This document shows, in pieces, positions 48,548 through 55,702 of a stretch of DNA of 55,702 nucleotides. The stretch's first letter is position 1. Every line of letters starts with the position of its first letter. The position numbers and the translations under genes were made by a program. Source of the DNA: Mesotaenium endlicherianum (taxonomy: Eukaryota). Under the pieces are notes generated by a model. It saw only the letters and a list, made by a program, of their open reading frames with translations, ran no database searches and had not been told where the DNA came from. Location of the stretch: assembly GCA_009602735.1 (NCBI GenBank), contig WELA01001425.1, forward strand, positions 5,501-61,202, read 5' to 3'.

Positions 48548-49649
48548 ATGACTCAAAAGTCGGAACTCAAGAGGAAGCGAAGGGCGGAAGAGGCACATGC
48601 AGAATACTTGCGATTCCGTGGAGACATCGAATCATCTTCCATCACCGCTCGGGAATCACAACGACTCCAACAACAGCGGGAGGCACAGAAGAAGAAGGAG
48701 GAGGAACAGGCCAGACTGAGGCAGGAAGAAATGGACAGAAAAGCTGCAAAGGAGGCTAAGAAAGCAGAGGAGGAGAGGCAAGCTGAGGAGAAGCGGAAGC
48801 AGCAGGCTGAAGAAGAAGAACAGAGGAGAATCAGCAGCTACCGCTACACAGTGCTGGGCAAGGGCTTTGATCTACTGGAGGAGGCCTTCAAGTATGCCCA
48901 GAGAAGTCGCAGTGAGTCGCAGAAGGAAATCCTCCAGAAGGAAGGGGAGACATCCGAAAATTTTGACAAGTATATAGAGGTCGGCACAGGGCTCCTCCTC
49001 TACCACGATTACGCCAGGATGGTAGGATATACCATCGGAGAGGCCAAGGCAATGGGCCAGGTGAACGAAGCAGGAGCAGTCTCGATTCCTGGAATCTGGG
49101 GGACAGATAGGGTCATCAGGATGATCCCCATGGACGCGGACAGCTTCAAGGACTCAACACCCCACAACAGGTTCAAGGCCATGTANNNNNNNNNNNNNNN
49201 NNNNNNNNNNNNNNNNNNNNNNNNNNNNNNNNNNNNNNNNNNNNNNNNNNNNNNNNNNNNNNNNNNNNNNTTGGTACCCTTGNTGTACCCTCAAAAAGAC
49301 AGACGCTGCCTTCTTCCAAAAGCCCACTGATTGGCGGTGGATGACCATCAACATGAGGGACCAGCAGAATGACAGGGCGACGGATGAGGATTTCCTGACA
49401 GACCTAAACGGGAACATAGTATTGCCCCCTCACATTGCGGCTTGGGACCCAAGATTGGATGGAGTCAGAGACTGCATGAGCCAAGAGATGCAGGGGGACA
49501 GAAGCAGGGCCCGAGAGTCATTCTCCAAAGGGAAGCACGCTTATGCCAAATGGGCAAGTAAGCAGGGGGAAAAGGACCTCTATGCGGTCCGGACTCAGCA
49601 GCCCCCACCAGCACCCAAAAGGGGAAGGTCAGTAGGATATTCTTTTTCT
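48548..49649 (+). CDS. Divergent allele of the family C extra ORF (3' end in an N-gap)
   Basis: MTQKSELKRKR...YRYTVLG...DYARMVGYT...IPGIWG...DSFKD...KPTDWRWMT...LPPHIAAWDPRLDG...FSKGKHAYAKWA...PKRGRSV aligns along its length with the C2 eORF. Confidence 0.8.
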
Positions 49650-50832
49650 NNNNNNNNNNNNNNNNNNNNNNNNNNNNNNNNNNNNNNNNNNNNNNNNNNN
49701 NNNNNNNNNNNNNNNNNNNNNNNNNNNNNNNNNNNNNNNNNNNNNNNNNNNNNNNNNNNNNNNNNNNNNNNNNNNNNNNNNNNNNNNNNNNNNNNNNNNN
49801 NNNNNNNNNNNNNNNNNNNNNNNNNNNNNNNNNNNNNNNNNNNNNNNNNNNNNNNNNNNNNNNNNNNNNNNNNNNNNNNNNNNNNNNNNNNNNNNNNNNN
49901 NNNNNNNNNNNNNNNNNNNNNNNNNNNNNNNNNNNNNNNNNNNNNNNNNNNNNNNNNNNNNNNNNNNNNNNNNNNNNNNNNNNNNNNNNNNNNNNNNNNN
50001 NNNNNNNNNNNNNNNNNNNNNNNNNNNNNNNNNNNNNNNNNNNNNNNNNNNNNNNNNNNNNNNNNNNNNNNNNNNNNNNNNNNNNNNNNNNNNNNNNNNN
50101 NNNNNNNNNNNNNNNNNNNNNNNNNNNNNNNNNNNNNNNNNNNNNNNNNNNNNNNNNNNNNNNNNNNNNNNNNNNNNNNNNNNNNNNNNNNNNNNNNNNN
50201 NNNNNNNNNNNNNNNNNNNNNNNNNNNNNNNNNNNNNNNNNNNNNNNNNNNNNNNNNNNNNNNNNNNNNNNNNNNNNNNNNNNNNNNNNNNNNNNNNNNN
50301 NNNNNNNNNNNNNNNNNNNNNNNNNNNNNNNNNNNNNNNNNNNNNNNNNNNNNNNNNNNNNNNNNNNNNNNNNNNNNNNNNNNNNNNNNNNNNNNNNNNN
50401 NNNNNNNNNNNNNNNNNNNNNNNNNNNATTTGGTTAACCGAGGTCCTACCAACGTGGTTAACTCCCGGGTAGGCGGTGCCATCGCACTGACCGTTGAACA
50501 GTAAACTCATTCCATGTACATACGCTAGACATTGCTCTCGAGTTCGGCATTCGAAGACGAGGCCAACTCTCTTGTACAGCTTACTGAGAGAGATCTGAAT
50601 CCAAGGCGAGAAGCCATTGATACGCACTGTCTTCTAACCTTGCTTATGTATGAGTTTACTGATTTGCATCATTGATGCTAGTTTACTCGCATTTGACTTA
50701 CGAGTATTATTCCCTGCTAGTGTATTGTCCTTTGTCGTTAAACCAGTTAACGGAAATACCATAAAGATTACTTGCTGATATAAAGATCTTTATTAATTGT
50801 TAATCGTCTATTTGGTAAGTCGATTCATTTCA

Positions 50833-51379
50833 GTATCTCTAGATGAAAGACAGCCTCTTGAGTGATGTATACCACCTTAACATTTTCACAAGGTGTAAGT
50901 AAATCTTGTTCCCGTGTGCTACAGCTGGGGCAGGTAGGCACATAGGCACCCAAATGATCGCTCAACGGTTTCTTGTGCTCCTCTATGAGTGTGTCAGAAT
51001 GAGCTGACATGAGCGGGCTGAAATCTATCGCTAAATCGGCAAGCTGAGTTCTCGCGCATGCCCAGTTGTCTTCTCTCTGCTCATTAACTCTCTCACCTCT
51101 ACTCTGGTCATTACCTCTCTGACTACAAGGAAGTACATAGCTAGCTGAGGAAAAGGAGGAGGCATTGACCTCGTCGAAGTGACCCTCATGTTGCATACTA
51201 TCAGATTGAAAATCACGAACATTTCTTTCCTCACTAGACTCCGCCACCCGCTTTCGAGATATTGTTTGAAATGAAGTGCTTGCTGGCTGAACTGAATGAG
51301 AACCAAAACCTTTGTACCAATTCCTAGATAACTTAACAAAAGGTAATTTATTAAACCCTTTTGAAAGCAGGCCCTCCAT
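50833..51379 (-). pseudogene. Cys-cluster (CxC-like) protein relic, possibly a KDZ/Zisupton-type transposase; continues at 42092-42193 across the C3 insertion
   Basis: With C3 removed at its TSD the frame reads CPSC...CENVKVVYITQEAVFHLEIPMWECKS*KPPFHPHSYVVDAFPSSP. The resemblance to KDZ-associated CxC domains is from memory only. Confidence 0.4.
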
Positions 51380-51879
51380 TAGCTACGACAACGACGCTCA
51401 CCCTAATGGTCTACGATCCAGCATCCGCAATCCTACCAGCACACCAAGGACAGCAAAACTGCATCTCCATCCATAGCATTAATAAGGACACTTTAGGAGG
51501 GTACGCTAAGGTGCATAAACCTCAATGTCGACAGATGCAGTTGGCAACTTCCAACTCTCTAGGTCCTGCCTTTAGCTCTGACTACATACATAGTGCCTGC
51601 AACACAAAAGAAGCACAAAAAAACAATCGATTAAAAAAAGTTGTTAAATTTAAGCACAAGGACGGTGTATGCTAGTTACTGTGCAAGTTGCGCCAGCGCA
51701 CAGCGCCAGCGGCAGCGCCAATATACTAGCGCTGACGCACTGGAGCGCCGACCCAGGCTGGGCTAGCCCTCTCATTGTGCGCTGGCGCCAGGCGCCAAGC
51801 AATCGCGCGAGCGCTGCGCTGGCGTTGGCGAGGGCTGGGATAGAGCACCAGCGCCAGCACGCTGGCCCTAGCTGCTGCC

Positions 51880-52355
51880 CTGCGACACGTGACGGTGGGC
51901 GGCAGACTCGTGCTAACATGCAAGCGCTACCTCCCTCCCTCCCTGGCACGCTTGCTCGAGCGCAGGCGCTGGTGGCACAGGAGCAGAGGGCGCAGACCAC
52001 AGCTCGCTATGCGTCGAAGCGCGTACATGCACGCGCGCCCAACGGCGGGGAGCAGCGTCCCGCCGGCTGCCTGCGCCATATGGAGCGGGCGGCGGGCAGC
52101 AGACCAATGCTGGTTGCCCGACAAAGCACGCACACACGCACACATGCACGCGCGCCCGATGACGGGCACCAGCTCACTGCCAGCTGCAGCAGGCCGCTGC
52201 TAACGCCCATGCCAGCGCTGCCTCCCCCCTCCCTCCCTCCCTCCCTCCCTGACGCGCTTGCAATAGCGCAGCAGGCATCAGGCTGCAGCTCGATGCGCAA
52301 CAAAGCATGCGCGCACGCACAAGCGCACGCACGCACAAACGCACGCACGCGCGCT
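51880..52355. repeat. GC-rich degenerate direct repeats with (CCCT)n and (GCAC)n tracts
   Basis: gcgct.cctccc...ccctg.c.cgcttgc at ~51925 and ~52215; gcacgcgcgccc...cc.gctgc at ~52030 and ~52147. Confidence 0.5.
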
Positions 52356-54456
52356 GTCGGGTTTAGTGTGCGAGTTTGGCTGGAATTAGCCATGATCGGC
52401 AGTCGCATCTCTGTCTCCATCTCCCCTTCACCCTCTCAGGGGTACTCGAGTCTTACCCCCCACACTCTGCGTGCTGTCACGCTTTCAGTAATGCTCAGGT
52501 TTGAAGCTTTAACACTGCTTCAATTTCAGGTCTTATATTGCAGCTACTAAATAATTAGCTAGCAAGTTCTACATGTACACGTGAGCGTGTGTAGATGAGC
52601 TGTCTGTCAGCACTCTACTCTATTTCCCACCAGTTGGCGCACACATAACGAACTCTTGCCCATTCATAACAAACTCCCATTTCTTCTATCACACACGTGC
52701 ACTCTTGGCCCAACCTGCCCGTCACACACACAAGCAGGGTGCAATAGTGCAATTGCAGACTCAAAGTACAGGGGGGGAGAGGTATTTGGTTGTTTTGGAG
52801 GGGAGGGAGGGGGTTGAGAGTGTGGATTACTTACTTGGAAAGAGCGAGGTATACTGAAGCAGCACACCATAGCTAGTCACTTGTCACCTTGCAGGAACAG
52901 GCATATAGAGACATCACATTAGCATGTGCACTAGCAGGCTGCCCCCCATATCGACATACCACCTATAGTAATTGCAAGTTACTCGTATCCAGCCCAATCA
53001 CTTGTGTTAAGAAGGGCATTGCACTCATTCCTGCAGTGCAGATAGTGTAGTGTGCAGGCAGCAAAGCTACGAAAGAAGGAGAATATCAAAAGGGAGTGGT
53101 GGAAACAAGGAGGAGAAGAAGTCAGGGATGGTAGAAGAGGATGTCGAGGGGAGGAAGGGAAGGTCCCCATACACCAGGCGTCTTCATATAACTACTACTC
53201 TCGCGAGGATGCCACAAACAACAACACACAACATATTGGACACAAATACAAACAGACGAAAATCACTCGTGCACTCGCTCAGGCACATGCGGGCAAAGAC
53301 GCGCACACACGGGATACACTCTCGGCCGCACACTGCAGTTAGCATGCAGGAATGCAAGCTGACACGAACGCCCAAAAATGAATGAAGACTGGCTCCCTGA
53401 GAACATAATTACTGCAACAAGTCAATGTGCACATACAGGTGTGCGCATGTAACGCATGCACATCTGAAAGCAAGAGAAGATTGAGGAGAGAGTAAGGCGA
53501 ACAGGCTTACATCTAAGGTGCAACATTATCAACTCCATTTATCCCTTGTCTAATACCCCTCTGATCCTAGAGCGAGCTCGCTGAGACGCTCGTTGTCCTT
53601 CAGCTTGTCTACACTACCATATCTACAATATAGCATGTAAATTATTAGGTGGTGATCATCATGTTCTGGCTACTAAGATCAAAACGGGAGGGAAGTTCTA
53701 GAGCGGATTACAAATGGCGGGTTTTAGACAATGTTTGGGCACACAATGCAGAATTTCTAGTCCCCTACACGTGGACAAATATTGTATGGCACACGTACGA
53801 ACAAACAAAACAAGACCTCGAAAGTCGTATGGAAGTACGTAACATGCGGTCAATGGCGGTTACGTACGCTTTCGTGGTCTGATCTGTAGGAATCTGGTCG
53901 CTGGGGCCTGGGCTTGGACCGAGTAGGGCCTACACCCAAAGGTGCCGTTTTTGGGGGTGGCAGGGCTTCAAAATGTGCCTACACATTTCACCAATTCTAT
54001 CCACCTGACGCTGGAATGCGCTGGAATGCAGCTGGAATGCGTCAGAGTTGGATAGAATTGGCTAGAATATATGAATTGTTAATAAACATAAATGCTGAAA
54101 AAAAACGGACGTTAACGGTGCAGTTTGCGCGGCAAGAAAGTCCACGAGACGCAGGCGGCCGTCTAATTAACGTGCCGGCGCCTGGGTGCGGCATATAATC
54201 AACGAAGTAAGGATTCGTGCGATACCAAATCAATGTCCAAACTGACAATTTGAGCTACGCTCAAATTGAGGTTTGAAAAGTAGTGAATATTTCACCAAAT
54301 ATTCACCAAATTCGAATGCATCAATCGAAGACACGGACAAGCAATTAACACGAGTAATTCCGAGAGCTAAGCCTAACCTACTTAAGTGAAGCCAGAAAAG
54401 GCTAAGCTCATGCAAGCGCAAATACAGTGCATAGTTGAGTTCTCACCCTCCCGTCC

Positions 54457-55548
54457 ATGTCCCAAATTCGTCTTCGAGCAGTTGCACACAGGGATTCTCA
54501 AAATAGACGTATACTAGCCCGGTTGCGAGCCCTCGCTATGGCCGACGCCGCCGCCAGGACAGAGAACAATCCACCACTCACATCAGCCTCTCTACAGGAG
54601 ATTCTTAACACCTCTCAGATTCTACACAATCCCTCGGGGGAAGAGTCATCAGGGGCAGCCACTCAGAGAGCTTTGGTTGACCAGTTGGTGCAAGAAATTC
54701 AGGAGCGGCTGGGGCAAGTCCCTCTCGTGCAAATTCCACCAGTCGCAGAGACAGGTCCTACGCTAGTATCAGTCACCCAGCAACTAGGTCAATTACAACA
54801 GCTAGTCACTTCCCTCACACAGGACAAGTCATCCATCAACAAAGACAACGAGAAGTGGCTACAGCAGGTCAAGAGAGCTAAGCTCAAACAGGACTTGATG
54901 GGGGACAACAAATTATCCGAGATGAATAAGATCCACATGGGCGTCTGCTCCGACATGGTCGACATGATTGGAGATGCCCAAGCAGCCTTGGACAAGCAAG
55001 ATCCGGAAGAAGTCAGAAAGCTCCTCTCTGAAGGTTTGTCCGCTATCGCTGCTAGAGCACGCCAGATTAATATTGCTGATGAGCATGGCTGGAGCCTGGT
55101 GGTCGAGGTCTCTAAGTCTATGAGTACTAACAAAGAGGATAGTGAGTGGGAGCAGAAAGTTTTCAAACATCTTTCAAAGAAAAAGAAGGTAGAGGTCCTA
55201 AGTAAGGTCAAGGACGAGGAGAGCCCTAAAACTAGACAACATATCCCACTCTCAGTACGGAACAGTTGGATATGTTACACCTGCCAGGAGCCTGGACACT
55301 TATCCACACGCTGTCCTTACAATTTCAACAAAGCCCAACAGTTCAATACTCACCAGCCATTCATCCCACAGCAGCCTCCAATTCAATATGCTCAACCTAA
55401 TGTCCCCATGAGTGTACCAGGAGCCCACTTTGGAAACCACCCTTCCCAAGCAGCCTTTAGCCAACCTAACCATAACCATCAGACACACCAGAGACAGCAA
55501 GGCCCTCAGCAGAATCCTAACTTCCAAAATTTTAATTCAAGGCAGTAG
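54457..55548 (+). CDS. Gag-like CCHC zinc-knuckle protein (363 aa), probably of a DIRS/PAT-type tyrosine-recombinase retrotransposon
   Basis: Intronless ORF with a CYTCQEPGHLSTRC knuckle. LSEGLSAIAARARQINIADEHGWSLVVE resembles the EG...R...I.IAD..GW..V.E motif I recall from DIRS-like Gags. Q/N/P-rich tail. Confidence 0.6.
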   Translation: MSQIRLRAVAHRDSQNRRILARLRALAMADAAARTENNPPLTSASLQEILNTSQILHNPSGEESSGAATQRALVDQLVQEIQERLGQVPLVQIPPVAETGPTLVSVTQQLGQLQQLVTSLTQDKSSINKDNEKWLQQVKRAKLKQDLMGDNKLSEMNKIHMGVCSDMVDMIGDAQAALDKQDPEEVRKLLSEGLSAIAARARQINIADEHGWSLVVEVSKSMSTNKEDSEWEQKVFKHLSKKKKVEVLSKVKDEESPKTRQHIPLSVRNSWICYTCQEPGHLSTRCPYNFNKAQQFNTHQPFIPQQPPIQYAQPNVPMSVPGAHFGNHPSQAAFSQPNHNHQTHQRQQGPQQNPNFQNFNSRQ

Positions 55549-55631
55549 ATGCTTAGTGACTAATAGCAAAGAAGATATTTGACCATATACTACTATTTCG
55601 AAGTACAGTATTAGATAAACAAGTCCTAGAA

Positions 55632-55702
55632 TGAAATGAATCGACTTACCAAATAGGCGATTAACAATTAATAAAGATCTTTATATCAGCAAGTAATCTT
55701 TA
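55632..55702 (-). mobile_element. End of another family C LTR (copy C4), running out of the window
   Basis: TGAAATGAATCGACTTACCAAATAGGCG... is identical to 23710-23780. Confidence 0.9.

Larger units (their letters stand above)
42194..50832 (+). mobile_element. Full-length family C chromovirus copy C3 (defective): 5' LTR 42194-42913, PBS, gag, pol, divergent extra ORF, 3' LTR ending 50832
   Basis: TSD GTATC (42189-42193 / 50833-50837); LTR TGTAATGAAT...ATTCATTTCA; PBS TGGTATCGGAGC 42915-42926; the 3' LTR is partly in an N-gap (visible 50428-50832). Confidence 0.95.

Noticed and set aside
51650..53400. ORFs of 293 aa and shorter in the GC-rich block
   Set aside because: Low-complexity translations with no recognisable domain or consistent exon chain
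55622..55631. Shared TCCTAGA next to the C2 and C4 LTR ends as a target-site preference
   Set aside because: The C1 and C3 flanks do not share it; two of four is not enough

Overview
Eukaryotic, intron-rich genomic DNA from a draft assembly with four N-gaps. Gene content points to a green plant-lineage host; a streptophyte alga is my inference from the GC/CA-rich introns. The left 13 kb holds three spliced host genes: PAB (chloroplast ATP synthase biogenesis factor, minus strand, runs off the left edge), RPL22/eL22 (plus strand, head-to-head with PAB) and an HIR/SPFH band-7 gene (minus strand, 6 exons). From about 13.4 kb to the end is a nested transposon cluster. It contains an intact Ty3/Gypsy chromovirus (family A, 15461-22134, TSD AATAG) inserted in the LTR of a decayed Gypsy (family B), a 5'-truncated second A copy, and four copies of a second chromovirus family (C; one full length with TSD GTATC). 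It also contains a possible CxC/KDZ transposase relic split by one C copy and a DIRS-like gag. The most unusual system is in family C. It carries an extra ~560-aa sense-strand ORF between pol and the 3' LTR. This ORF has no signal peptide or TM helix that I can see, sits between duplicated PPT motifs, and is preceded by a conserved branch point and 3' splice acceptor. It occurs as two ~50%-identical alleles on otherwise near-identical gag-pol/LTR backbones, which suggests a swappable accessory-gene cassette. All three Gypsy families also show candidate -1 ribosomal frameshift signals.
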